Shown here: in pieces, positions 47,621 through 56,373 of the stretch
How positions within the stretch are numbered: position 1 is the stretch's first letter
Layout: every line of letters begins with the position of its first letter
From: a virus
Reading direction: 5' to 3' (one strand)
DNA length: 64,000 nt
Virus record (IMG/VR): IMGVR_UViG_3300045988_156211
The notes under the pieces: generated by a model
Database searches by the model: none
Seen by the model: only the letters and a program-made list of their open reading frames with translations
What the model was told of the DNA's origin: nothing
Position numbers and translations under genes: made by a program

Positions 47621-47640
47621 AATTAAAAATTTTTTAAAGT

Positions 47641-48087
47641 TTAACGTACCAATACTTGTATAACTTCGTTAGCTTCGTCAGCAGGGTTCAAAGCCAAGAA
47701 ATCTTCTTCTATGCCCTGATTAGCTTTTACGAATCTACCGTTCAATACATCTCCAGAAGGGATAACCGGACCACATTTAACAGTACCATTAGATACCCAG
47801 TTAACTATGGCATATCCTCTCATCATTACAGTTACTTCTACTGGATAATTTCTCTGTTCTCCATAAGCAGGAGTTTCACTACTTGTAAGAGCTATGCCCA
47901 AATAGTTCTTCTTACCATCCTTAAAAGGTTCTATCTGACCTTCATCTGTAAGACATACAGGCATACCCTGATATATCTTTTCTCCTGACTTTACTGTGAA
48001 CGCTTGACAAAGTTTATGTGATTCACTCTTGTAAATCACAACTTTAGGAGTTCTCTGTCCTAAAAGTGTTAATGGACTTTCTTTCAT
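47641..48087 (-). CDS. head decoration/auxiliary protein candidate (DUF2190-like pattern)
   Basis: 148 aa between protease and MCP. GEKIYQGMPVCL...YLGIALTS...VTVMMRGYAIV fits the beta-clam pattern of that family. Weak. Confidence 0.4.
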   Translation of the reverse strand: MKESPLTLLGQRTPKVVIYKSESHKLCQAFTVKSGEKIYQGMPVCLTDEGQIEPFKDGKKNYLGIALTSSETPAYGEQRNYPVEVTVMMRGYAIVNWVSNGTVKCGPVIPSGDVLNGRFVKANQGIEEDFLALNPADEANEVIQVLVR

Positions 48088-48118
48088 AATATTATGTTTT
48101 TAATGAATATTTCACAAT

Positions 48119-49570
48119 TTAGATCTTAGATCTATACAAAGTCTCGGCATTGAATTCTTCATGGTTCTGAGTTTCACCCTCTTTTCTAGAAGAAGCCCGG
48201 CTGATATCATGTGAACCGCATTTTGAACAAGTCAATGGGAATTTCTCCTCAAGTCTTGAAGTATAGTCTTTATTCAAAGCTACGAGAGTTTCTACACCAG
48301 TAGTTTCTGCACTAAGCATTTTAACGATAGACTGGTCTACTGTCTCCTCAGAAGGATATAACTTCTTATAGTTGGCAATAGTAGTATCTCTCAGTTCTGT
48401 AATGTAATTTTTACCAACTTCTGAGTACTTCTCAAGGGATTTAACCTGAGCTTCAAGATTTGTGATCTTTTCACTAAGTGTGGTTTTTTCAGTACGAAGA
48501 TTGCTGTTGTCAGATTCCAGATTACTACATTTCTCTACCAATGAAGATATAGAGTTATAAGCTTCTTCAAGGTTTATCTTTCCATCTTCTGAATCATTTA
48601 GCTTGATTAAGCCTTTATTTCCGAAGATTCGGTCTAAAAACTGTTGTAATTCCTCTTTCATATCATTTTTATTTTGATTAATATTATTTTCTTTATTATA
48701 TCCTTGAGTATCGTCGTTATATGGACAAGTTTTATAATCCTCATATGAGTAATGTTTTGGTTCATCCATGTACTCTTTATAAGAGTTATAAACTCGATTA
48801 GCATAAGTTGGGTTAACTATTTTACCGTTATCCCCAATTTTCTGTGCATAAGGATCAGCTCCATGTGATACTAATGAAGTTTCGGCATACCGTATTACTT
48901 CAGTAACTACCCTACATATCAGATTACCCTTAGAGTCATATGTTCCAAGTTTTTCCCAAAATTCGTTGTTATCCAACTCAGGATGGGATTTATCCCATCT
49001 AAATTGAACCGTTACTGAATTAGAGTGTATAGATGGTGGTTCCATCAATATACCTCTAGCAATACGTGGATTAGATTTACCATCTATCTTAAGTACTCCA
49101 TTTATTCCAGCAGGTATCTTGAATTTACCATCAGTATAACCTTCTTGCCACATAACTTGTGAAACTGATCCTATAGCATTACCTATGCTAGTTTCATGAT
49201 CACAATTTACTGTTTGACCAAGCATCAGTTTCATAGAAGCCTTAAGAACGCCATTCTTACTAAAATCTGTAGGCATCCAATTTTTAGATACTATAGTCTC
49301 AGATATTAGCCTAAATACTGGCTCTATGAACTCATCGTCTTTAGGTTTAAGATCATCTAAGGATAAATCAGGATAATAGGTATTATAATCTATATCACTG
49401 AAAAATCCAAACTGAGCTACACTTTCTGGGCTTACTTTAGACCACTTATAAAAGTTTTCGTTAAAGGTCAACGGATCTATACTCTTTGGTATATGATTCG
49501 CCATTATAGTATGACCTTGGTCTATGATCATACTATCCTCAAAACTTTGGTTTTTCTTGTAGTAATTCAT
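48119..49570 (-). CDS. prohead serine protease (HK97/S78-like) fused to a coiled-coil scaffold-like C-terminus
   Basis: VNCDHETSIGNAIGSV, IHSNSVTVQF and AETSLVSHGADPYAQ correspond to the NHd..piG, SiGf and EvSlV..PA motifs. Residues about 330-400 are coiled coil. Confidence 0.7.
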   Translation of the reverse strand: MNYYKKNQSFEDSMIIDQGHTIMANHIPKSIDPLTFNENFYKWSKVSPESVAQFGFFSDIDYNTYYPDLSLDDLKPKDDEFIEPVFRLISETIVSKNWMPTDFSKNGVLKASMKLMLGQTVNCDHETSIGNAIGSVSQVMWQEGYTDGKFKIPAGINGVLKIDGKSNPRIARGILMEPPSIHSNSVTVQFRWDKSHPELDNNEFWEKLGTYDSKGNLICRVVTEVIRYAETSLVSHGADPYAQKIGDNGKIVNPTYANRVYNSYKEYMDEPKHYSYEDYKTCPYNDDTQGYNKENNINQNKNDMKEELQQFLDRIFGNKGLIKLNDSEDGKINLEEAYNSISSLVEKCSNLESDNSNLRTEKTTLSEKITNLEAQVKSLEKYSEVGKNYITELRDTTIANYKKLYPSEETVDQSIVKMLSAETTGVETLVALNKDYTSRLEEKFPLTCSKCGSHDISRASSRKEGETQNHEEFNAETLYRSKI

Positions 49571-49600
49571 AATGATAGTTTTTATAATGATTAATATGCT

Positions 49601-51070
49601 TTATCTTGCTTTTGGATCTTGGTCTTTCCTCTTTGGTACCGGATTGTTCTTATCTCTAGATCTACGGTTAGACTGATTCTTATCATCTTGACGCTGTTTC
49701 TTTTTAGTAGCTTCCTGTGGATCGGAATTATTACTATCTTCAAGAGGTACTCTAGGTTCATCCTGATCTGGAGAATCATACCCCATTTCCCAAGCATACT
49801 GCCACTGTGATATAATTCCTGCAGAGTATAGTAAGTTAAGATTTTGTATCTTATACTGTCTTCCCTGCTGAACTTTAACTTCATCAGAGATAGTAGAAGT
49901 TCCCCAAGTAATAGTGATACCCTTATTATTAAATCCAGCTAATCTAAGTTCCAAAGTATATATAAACTTAAGTACATAACCAACAATTGTTTGTATATTA
50001 CTTAGCTGAGATATAAGTTTACTTAAAGCTATACCACTACCACCTTCAGTATTAGAGTTATTAAGACCTATTATAGAACTATTAACTCCCAATCCATTAG
50101 CAACAGATTGTTGATTCATGTTCCAAGGAGTTTGTAGATTACCGAGTTCTTTAGTAGTGGCATTAAGTTTAAATTCCGATTCATCCATAAATCCGGTAAC
50201 CACACCATCTTTAAGAGATTCTTTTAGGTTTACCTTTAATCTCTTAAGCATACGTTCAAGTCTTAATTCATATGCTTTAAGAGATTCACCACCAGATTGA
50301 CTTGGCTTCTCTACTTTAGCTTCTAAAAATCCAACCATACCCATTAAATCCATGATATGCTTGAAGTTGATTCTCATGTCTTGCTGGCTTTTTAATGAAT
50401 CTAATGAAGCCATGAATGGAGGTATTCCGTATGGTTCATCAGTATCATTATACATACTAGCATATACATAAGTTTCGGTATTCAGCTTTATAAAATCCTC
50501 TCCGGATTTTCTTAGAAAGTTTACGTTCCTTTGGTATGGTACATATACTCCATCATTCTGTTGGTGGAAATAGATATTCTCAGGTTTAAGGAATAGTATA
50601 GTTGAAATACCATCAAGTTTAATATTTGGTACTGCTTCAACTGATACAGCTCCTCCGACCATTAACTGTACGATCATCTTATTTACCAATCCATCTATAC
50701 CAGCCGTATATTGTGACCATTTAGATGACACCTTTATTAGGTGATCTCTCATGGCATTAGCCTCTTTATCAGTATTGTTTGGAAATAAGATGTTATGGTG
50801 AGTATTAGTTAATTTGAATGTATCCTGTAGAGCTATACTCATATCAGGATTCACCTTATATAGATCTCTTATTAAGGGTATCACTTCTCTACGAAAAGAT
50901 GGATTTACCATCTTAGTCATGCCCTTAAGTATAGAGTATACACTAGTATTAGAACTATCTTCAGGTACTGATACTCGCCCAGGAGATATGGCAACTATAT
51001 CTTTTATAGCCTTTTTAGGACTGCCACTACCTTTACTCTTGGTTTTAAATATGTTAAAAAAATTTCTCAT
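49601..51070 (-). CDS. portal protein
   Basis: 489 aa, 4-nt overlap with TerL, upstream of the protease, with a basic/acidic C-terminal tail. Confidence 0.7.
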   Translation of the reverse strand: MRNFFNIFKTKSKGSGSPKKAIKDIVAISPGRVSVPEDSSNTSVYSILKGMTKMVNPSFRREVIPLIRDLYKVNPDMSIALQDTFKLTNTHHNILFPNNTDKEANAMRDHLIKVSSKWSQYTAGIDGLVNKMIVQLMVGGAVSVEAVPNIKLDGISTILFLKPENIYFHQQNDGVYVPYQRNVNFLRKSGEDFIKLNTETYVYASMYNDTDEPYGIPPFMASLDSLKSQQDMRINFKHIMDLMGMVGFLEAKVEKPSQSGGESLKAYELRLERMLKRLKVNLKESLKDGVVTGFMDESEFKLNATTKELGNLQTPWNMNQQSVANGLGVNSSIIGLNNSNTEGGSGIALSKLISQLSNIQTIVGYVLKFIYTLELRLAGFNNKGITITWGTSTISDEVKVQQGRQYKIQNLNLLYSAGIISQWQYAWEMGYDSPDQDEPRVPLEDSNNSDPQEATKKKQRQDDKNQSNRRSRDKNNPVPKRKDQDPKAR

Positions 51071-52569
51071 TTTGGTAATATGATTACATTAGACTTACCT
51101 TTCCTTATATGATTAGTTATAGCCTTACCCATGATATCATCATCTGCATATACCTCTCCTTCAAGATCTACATCACCTTGAGAATTAGCTCTATGCTTAC
51201 CCATAGCAACTGGCCTATTTAAACTATCATATATAAAAGTATAGGCTTCCTGTACAAAGAACGGGTCCTTTACTATTATATTGTTCTCTCTTATGTCTGT
51301 TTCTAGTCCATCAATTATAACAGGTCTATTCTTATTAGTAGTTAACCAACCAGGACACTTGTCCATCTCTGGTTTACTCTTACCTTTTTTCTTAACAAGC
51401 TTTTGATAGTAGTATAAATTTGGATAACCCTCTGCTTGTAAAAAAGCAGTAACTGCCATACCGACATCATTGGATTCTGGAGCTAAGGTAGCATAGTTGT
51501 AATAAGTTCCAGTATCACCCAATAACTTACTATACTTATCAACTGATATCTTGCCTTTAAATACTGATTGTTCTTCACCATCTTTATCCATACAAGTAAA
51601 GGATGAATAGTCAGAAGCTCTACCAGTTGAAACGTCAGCTCCAATGAAATACTTCTTGTCTTTCTCTGGTTCGTTGAATCTTCTATACTGACCATTCATA
51701 GCAGTATATATAGCAGGGTAATCAGATAAGCAATCTTCTATAGCTTTTATATCAGTCAAATCAAATACTGTATTACCAGAACCAAGAAAGTCACCATCAA
51801 TCTCCTGGGCAGTTCTTCTAGGTCCAAGAGCTTTTGCCATCTCGGTATACCAAGCATCATCTCTTTCTGGGTGCATCCTCCAATATAACCTTATAGGTAC
51901 AAATGGATTAGATCCAGCTAAAGCTTCAACCCAACTTGAATGATAAAATCCACCGATACCAAAAGGAGTACTGTTAACTATAGCGGATCCTCCAGTTGAT
52001 AGTGTTGGGAATGCTGCAGCCCATATTTGAGCAGACCATCTAACGATGGCAGCTTCATCTATTATTAGCAGTGACAAAGATTCTGAACGTCCAGCTTCTG
52101 ATGAAGTAGGTATAGATTCAATAAAGGATCCATTATCAAATTCTATCATTGAAGCACTACCATATTCTCCAGTTCTACCATTTATGATTGGTACTTGTAG
52201 ATACCATGGCAGATTCTTATACATATACTTAATTTTCCTAAGTACCTTTTTAGCAGTAGTATCCTTAATGGAGATAATATTTATCTTCTTATTTGGGTGA
52301 TACATAGCTAACCACAGACAGTACATAGAAATAAGCTCAGTAATACCTGCTTGCCTAAATTTAAGTATTATGTTAAACCTATTACATAAGAATTGGTATA
52401 ATACGGATTTTTGATAAGGATATAGATTGAAATGAACTTTACCTTTTACTGGATGTATAACGTATATAAAGGTACTAAAGAAGAATGGATCTTTAGTAAC
52501 TTGATATAAGTTATGTAATTCAGTACTTGTTAGGTTCTTAGAACTAAAATCTTCAATCTTTTTTGCCAT
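51067..52569 (-). CDS. terL: terminase large subunit
   Basis: FRQAGITELIS is a deviant Walker A, LLIIDEAA is a Walker B, VNSTPFG is the coupling motif, and the nuclease-domain Asp is in IGADVSTGRASDYS. Confidence 0.9.
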   Translation of the reverse strand: MAKKIEDFSSKNLTSTELHNLYQVTKDPFFFSTFIYVIHPVKGKVHFNLYPYQKSVLYQFLCNRFNIILKFRQAGITELISMYCLWLAMYHPNKKINIISIKDTTAKKVLRKIKYMYKNLPWYLQVPIINGRTGEYGSASMIEFDNGSFIESIPTSSEAGRSESLSLLIIDEAAIVRWSAQIWAAAFPTLSTGGSAIVNSTPFGIGGFYHSSWVEALAGSNPFVPIRLYWRMHPERDDAWYTEMAKALGPRRTAQEIDGDFLGSGNTVFDLTDIKAIEDCLSDYPAIYTAMNGQYRRFNEPEKDKKYFIGADVSTGRASDYSSFTCMDKDGEEQSVFKGKISVDKYSKLLGDTGTYYNYATLAPESNDVGMAVTAFLQAEGYPNLYYYQKLVKKKGKSKPEMDKCPGWLTTNKNRPVIIDGLETDIRENNIIVKDPFFVQEAYTFIYDSLNRPVAMGKHRANSQGDVDLEGEVYADDDIMGKAITNHIRKGKSNVIILPK

Positions 52570-52570
52570 A

Positions 52571-53266
52571 TTATTTAAACTTATATGTAACGGAAACCTC
52601 TATGTCTTTCCCAATGTTTTTTTGTAAACTTGGGTAATAGAATAGATTTATTCCTAGGTTATAATTAAATCTCTTAGTCTCGAGAGATATACCTGAGGTT
52701 AAGTCTAAAAATCGATTAAACATACGATATTTACCATTGATGTAAGGTGTTAACTTAATATTAGATTTAACCTCTTTAAAGGTTAATTTACCATCAACCC
52801 AATTATAATCATACTTATCTAAATCAATATAGTAATCTTCGATCTTATAACTACTATCTAGAGTATTTTTAAAAGTGAGAGATAATTTATTTCTAGATAA
52901 CAGGAATTGATACATAGAATCACGGAGAGACCCTCTGGAGTAACCGTTTGCAGGAGGGTTGATCATGAGTAAAGTCTGATAAGCAGTATCATCCGTTGCA
53001 AGAGTATCATCGACATAACGGCCATTTTCCAGAGGGTCTTTGTCCTTAAAGAGAGTTACCCCAGTAGGAATTTTTAAAGTTGAGTAGGGGTCGACTTTCT
53101 TGAATTCATCCAGATTTTTATAAACCGTATCCGGTACGGAAGTTTCATGTTTGATGTCCGTACCGGACTTAAGCTTGTTATCAAGATAAATTGACCGAAA
53201 GCAAAAATATATAGTCATTAGTGATAAAATTATGATGATTATATTCTTGATATTGTTTTTATCCAT
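52571..53266 (-). CDS. N-terminally membrane-anchored beta-rich protein (occupies the position where a small terminase is expected)
   Basis: TM helix IKNIIIIILSLMTIYFCF, then alternating beta-like sequence ending VSVTYKFK. Confidence 0.55.
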   Translation of the reverse strand: MDKNNIKNIIIIILSLMTIYFCFRSIYLDNKLKSGTDIKHETSVPDTVYKNLDEFKKVDPYSTLKIPTGVTLFKDKDPLENGRYVDDTLATDDTAYQTLLMINPPANGYSRGSLRDSMYQFLLSRNKLSLTFKNTLDSSYKIEDYYIDLDKYDYNWVDGKLTFKEVKSNIKLTPYINGKYRMFNRFLDLTSGISLETKRFNYNLGINLFYYPSLQKNIGKDIEVSVTYKFK

Positions 53267-53312
53267 AATCTGATTTTTTAAGGTTCTATCAGTTAGTGAA
53301 TTATGATGTTAT

Positions 53313-53364
53313 TATTGGGCTTTACTCGTAAAGCCCAATATTGATTGAGCGTAGCGAAATCAAT
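53313..53364. repeat. two adjacent hairpins in the intergenic region upstream of the packaging genes
   Basis: TATTGGGCTTTAC-tc-GTAAAGCCCAATA (53313-53340, 12-13 bp) and ATTGATT-gagcgtagcga-AATCAAT (53340-53364). They contain the GGGCTTTA and AGCGAAAT words that are also seen in the early-region modules. Confidence 0.7.
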
Positions 53365-53403
53365 TCATTATGTTTTATTCTTTTCTTTCTTTCTATTACT
53401 CCT

Positions 53404-53443
53404 CGTATATATACATACATATAAAAATTTATATATATATACG
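53404..53443. repeat. AT-only palindrome
   Basis: CGTATATATA...TATATATACG arms around CATACATATAAAAATTTA. Further small palindromes (ATAATATAT/ATATATTAT) lie at about 53487-53510. Confidence 0.7.
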
Positions 53444-53522
53444 AAGTATAGTATATATATAAATTTTTCAAGGTACCCCGACGCTTATAATATATAATCA
53501 TATATTATATCGTGAAACTTTA

Positions 53523-54542
53523 CTAAGGCTTTAATAAGCATCTCTTAAACCATAACCCTATCTCATATACCGAACCTTTGGCTAAGGTATACCTTGCCTT
53601 ATTTAACCAATAATCATACCTTGATTCGTCCATGTAGATTTTATACCTTTTAGGAAATCCCATTATGTGTTTTATATCCTGTATACCCAAAGGATAACCA
53701 TCTGGTCTAAATTGTCTATCTGCAGGTCTAACAGTAAGAGGACATCTATCTGGATCTAATCTATATACTCCAGGTAAAGTTGACATCTTCTTAGTCTTTA
53801 TTGGCCATTTTCTTTCATCTTTAAAATCGGTATCCCATAATTTTTTTATCTGGGCTACTGTAAGATTTTTCTTTTCTGGTAATTTCCTATAATCATACAT
53901 CGCTAGGGTTTTATCTAAACCCGGCATATAATTATGTTTATTTCCTTTAAAATAGGCAGGTTCCAGTAAATTTCTAGAAACTTTTATTGTGTTTATGCTA
54001 AATATATTGTTAAACTTATTTATTAAGTTCTTACAACTATCCTTTATACCTATTATGATTAGCCTATTCCTTGACTTCTGAGAATTACCAAACTCCGATA
54101 CAGAATGGCAATGATAAACTAAATGATAACCCTTAAAGGTTTCTTCCCATGTTTCTTTGGGTATTAAGTCCAATAACCTGGGTAAATTTTCTATAAGGAA
54201 TATCTCTGGCTTATAATGAAGTATACACTCTATCACTAGATTTATGGACTTATTCTTTTCGGGTTTACCCAAGGTTTTAACCTTAGATAATCTCATTACT
54301 GAACTAGCTCCACAATCTGGTGAAGATAAGATTATGTTCGGATGTTCAAAATCTAAGTATTTTTCTCTTAGAAATGGTACTTGGTTAAAGTTAAGTTTCC
54401 ACTGTTCTTCTAGAGGAGTATGAAATACTCCTCTAGATTCTATGTTTCCTATTAGATGTTTTCTAAAAGGGAATAGTAAAGCTCCTTGACCAGCACATAC
54501 ACCAAGTACCTTTAAAGATTTAAAGGTAATCTTTCCAGGCAT
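53523..54542 (-). CDS. DNA cytosine-C5 methyltransferase-like enzyme (divergent)
   Basis: Motif I is VLGVCAGQGALLF, motif IV is SSPDCGASS (PDC instead of PC), motif VI is FLIENLPRL, motif VIII is EFGNSQKSRNRLIIIG, and motif X-like is LAKGSVYEI. Confidence 0.7.
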   Translation of the reverse strand: MPGKITFKSLKVLGVCAGQGALLFPFRKHLIGNIESRGVFHTPLEEQWKLNFNQVPFLREKYLDFEHPNIILSSPDCGASSVMRLSKVKTLGKPEKNKSINLVIECILHYKPEIFLIENLPRLLDLIPKETWEETFKGYHLVYHCHSVSEFGNSQKSRNRLIIIGIKDSCKNLINKFNNIFSINTIKVSRNLLEPAYFKGNKHNYMPGLDKTLAMYDYRKLPEKKNLTVAQIKKLWDTDFKDERKWPIKTKKMSTLPGVYRLDPDRCPLTVRPADRQFRPDGYPLGIQDIKHIMGFPKRYKIYMDESRYDYWLNKARYTLAKGSVYEIGLWFKRCLLKP

Positions 54543-54846
54543 ATTTCTCTCGATAAATCAAATAATTAGGGTAATCATCATTGTTGTAAGCTTCAAGTTC
54601 AAAGCATATATTTCTATAAGCCTTGTGAAAATTCCAATACACTAACAATAGGTAAAGCAAGTGAAGTACATACAAAAGAGCAAAACCTATATACCATGTT
54701 TCTCTCCATTGTATAGAATGTATGTTCTCATGATTAAGCTCTTTCTCAGTAAGAGTTTCTCCTTTTCTTACAAACAGCCATATACCAAATAGGTTTAAAG
54801 CTTTAAACCCTTTAAAGGGTATAATTGAACTATACTTTATCTTCAT
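54520..54846 (-). CDS. small membrane protein with HExxH...E zincin-like motif (holin/lysis accessory candidate)
   Basis: NHENIHSIQWRE, then TM WYIGFALLYVLHLLYLLLVYW, then CFELEAY. 108 aa, next to the putative lysin. Confidence 0.5.
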   Translation of the reverse strand: MKIKYSSIIPFKGFKALNLFGIWLFVRKGETLTEKELNHENIHSIQWRETWYIGFALLYVLHLLYLLLVYWNFHKAYRNICFELEAYNNDDYPNYLIYREKYAWKDYL

Positions 54847-54848
54847 AA

Positions 54849-55316
54849 TTACTCAATAGTTATGGTTATTTTATCGTAATTTACTAACTCATCGTGATAC
54901 AATTTCTTTAGAGTATCCTTAGAATTGATTACCTGACCTACTACTTTGTTTTCTCCAACCAATATACATCCCTCGGTATCCTTGGGAGTATTACCTGAAT
55001 GTATAAGTATGCCATCAAATCCCGGGACATTTAGTAATCTTGGCACTCTACCTCCATTCATATTGGTTTTGTACCAAGATACCTTAGAATACTTAGGGGA
55101 TACAACCGATAAAGTTACATCGTAAGTACCTTTTGGGATAGCTGTTTCTCCTTTTTTCTTAGTACTCTTGATATCATTTAGAGGCATTTCACTGTTTAAA
55201 CCACGATCTTTATCCTCCAAAGTATCACAAAAATACTTACCATTAAGATACAGGTGACCTATAGTATACTTGTCTTTACGGGCCACCCTCTTTAATACCA
55301 TTTTTAACTCTTTCAT
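54849..55316 (-). CDS. putative cell-wall hydrolase (DUF5675 / YkuD-like H-x-G-N...G-C core)
   Basis: RLLNVPGFDGILIHSGNTPKDTEGCILVG. I prefer the start at M22 (55316) or M27 (55301), because the track start at 55379 runs into the divergent promoter region. Confidence 0.5.
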   Translation of the reverse strand: MKELKMVLKRVARKDKYTIGHLYLNGKYFCDTLEDKDRGLNSEMPLNDIKSTKKKGETAIPKGTYDVTLSVVSPKYSKVSWYKTNMNGGRVPRLLNVPGFDGILIHSGNTPKDTEGCILVGENKVVGQVINSKDTLKKLYHDELVNYDKITITIE

Positions 55317-55376
55317 ACCTATAAATTTTATATTATAACATAATACGAACATATAGTCTTGCCTTGAACTTAGCTC

Positions 55377-55445
55377 CAATCCTCAGCTATTTTTATAAAA
55401 ATGTCTGTATTTATTTGCATATATAAAATATTTATATTAATTTTG
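55377..55445 (+). promoter_or_regulatory. Bacteroidota-type promoter with conserved 26-bp upstream box
   Basis: It has the same 26-bp box, then TTTG (55414-55417), N20 and TAATTTTG (55438-55445). The ATG is at 55474. Confidence 0.7.
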
Positions 55446-55473
55446 CACTATAAATAATTTAAATCAAAAATTT

Positions 55474-55866
55474 ATGAAAAAAGAATTTATTTTAAAGGTT
55501 GGTTCAGAGGTATTATATTATGATACCGGGTTTAATATTACGAAACACAAGGTTACAGATATAACCAATGGAGTTGCAAAGCTTGATAATCAAGTAAGAT
55601 GCCATATTAAGCTAAATAAATCCGAAATTTATCCCAGATTGGATCATAAATCAGGAGTTGTTTTGCCTATAACCGAAGAAAATCAGTTGCAATATGATTT
55701 AAACCGAGATTTACAGGATAAAATCAATAGAATTGGCCAACTTCCGGATAAATTAAGGACTGTAAAGCATAGATTATTAGAAAATCCAGATGATGAAACA
55801 GTTCAAATGGCCAGTAAATTGATAAAACTTTTAGATAAAACCTTAAAAATAACCGAAAATTTATAA
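55474..55866 (+). CDS. hypothetical early/accessory protein
   Basis: First ORF after the promoter at 55414-55445. 130 aa. Confidence 0.6.
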   Translation: MKKEFILKVGSEVLYYDTGFNITKHKVTDITNGVAKLDNQVRCHIKLNKSEIYPRLDHKSGVVLPITEENQLQYDLNRDLQDKINRIGQLPDKLRTVKHRLLENPDDETVQMASKLIKLLDKTLKITENL

Positions 55867-55871
55867 TAAAG

Positions 55872-56057
55872 ATGAGTTTAACTTGGGATATTATAGGATG
55901 TATTTATGTAATTTGCTTAATACCAGCAATTTTACTGACAGTAGTATTGAAAAATAGATTGAATATGAGTACTTTGCTTATATTTGGTACTGTTTGGTTA
56001 GTATTACCTCTATTCCCTATATGGTGTTTAGTCAAAAAATTTCAAAACAATGATTAA
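55872..56057 (+). CDS. small membrane protein
   Basis: 61 aa with two hydrophobic helices. Confidence 0.5.
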   Translation: MSLTWDIIGCIYVICLIPAILLTVVLKNRLNMSTLLIFGTVWLVLPLFPIWCLVKKFQNND

Positions 56058-56060
56058 GAT

Positions 56061-56297
56061 ATGGATATATTTGGTCACTTTAATACTGATGGAGAATTAA
56101 AAGGGTTCTCAGCTAACATTGCACCTATATTAGGTGCATTGTTAGTAGTTGTTTTAACCTTAGTTGGCTTGTTTGTTGTAGTGGTATTTCCATTTGTAGG
56201 ATGGTTATCTCCCTGGGTTTTTAAGAAAACTTACTTAAAAGTAATGTTTACTATAGCTTGGTTAATGAGTTTAGTATCATTTTTCACTTATTTTTAA
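56061..56297 (+). CDS. small membrane protein
   Basis: 78 aa with two or three TM segments (ILGALLVVVLTLVGLFVVVVFPFVGW). Confidence 0.5.
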   Translation: MDIFGHFNTDGELKGFSANIAPILGALLVVVLTLVGLFVVVVFPFVGWLSPWVFKKTYLKVMFTIAWLMSLVSFFTYF

Positions 56298-56373
56298 TAT
56301 GGAAGATCAAGAGTTAGAAGAAGTAGGATATTTGCCTGATTGGGCAGTTATAGAGTAATAGGAGGATTTTGTT

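Noticed and set aside
49591-49884. 97-aa ORF overlapping the 3' end of the portal gene on the same strand.
   Set aside because: It lies completely inside the portal ORF in another frame, has no independent signals, and has a basic low-complexity translation.
300-52300. About 30 + strand ORFs of 60-180 aa lying inside long - strand genes. Examples are 300..659, 3105..3314, 15912..16187, 28120..28452, 30080..30724, 32090..32407, 42155..42697, 42932..43213 and 47656..47988.
   Set aside because: Each is antisense to a longer ORF with recognisable protein motifs. Their translations are low-complexity (Leu/Ser/Ile-rich), lack promoters and break the tight operon packing. They are shadow ORFs typical of AT-rich DNA.
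56340-56373. Strong Shine-Dalgarno-like TAGGAGGATTTTGTTATG before 56374, and a 19-codon mini-ORF at 56299..56358.
   Set aside because: This is the only clear AGGAGG in front of a gene here. The other genes I checked by eye lack an SD, as in Bacteroidota, so it is probably fortuitous. The mini-ORF is too short to support.
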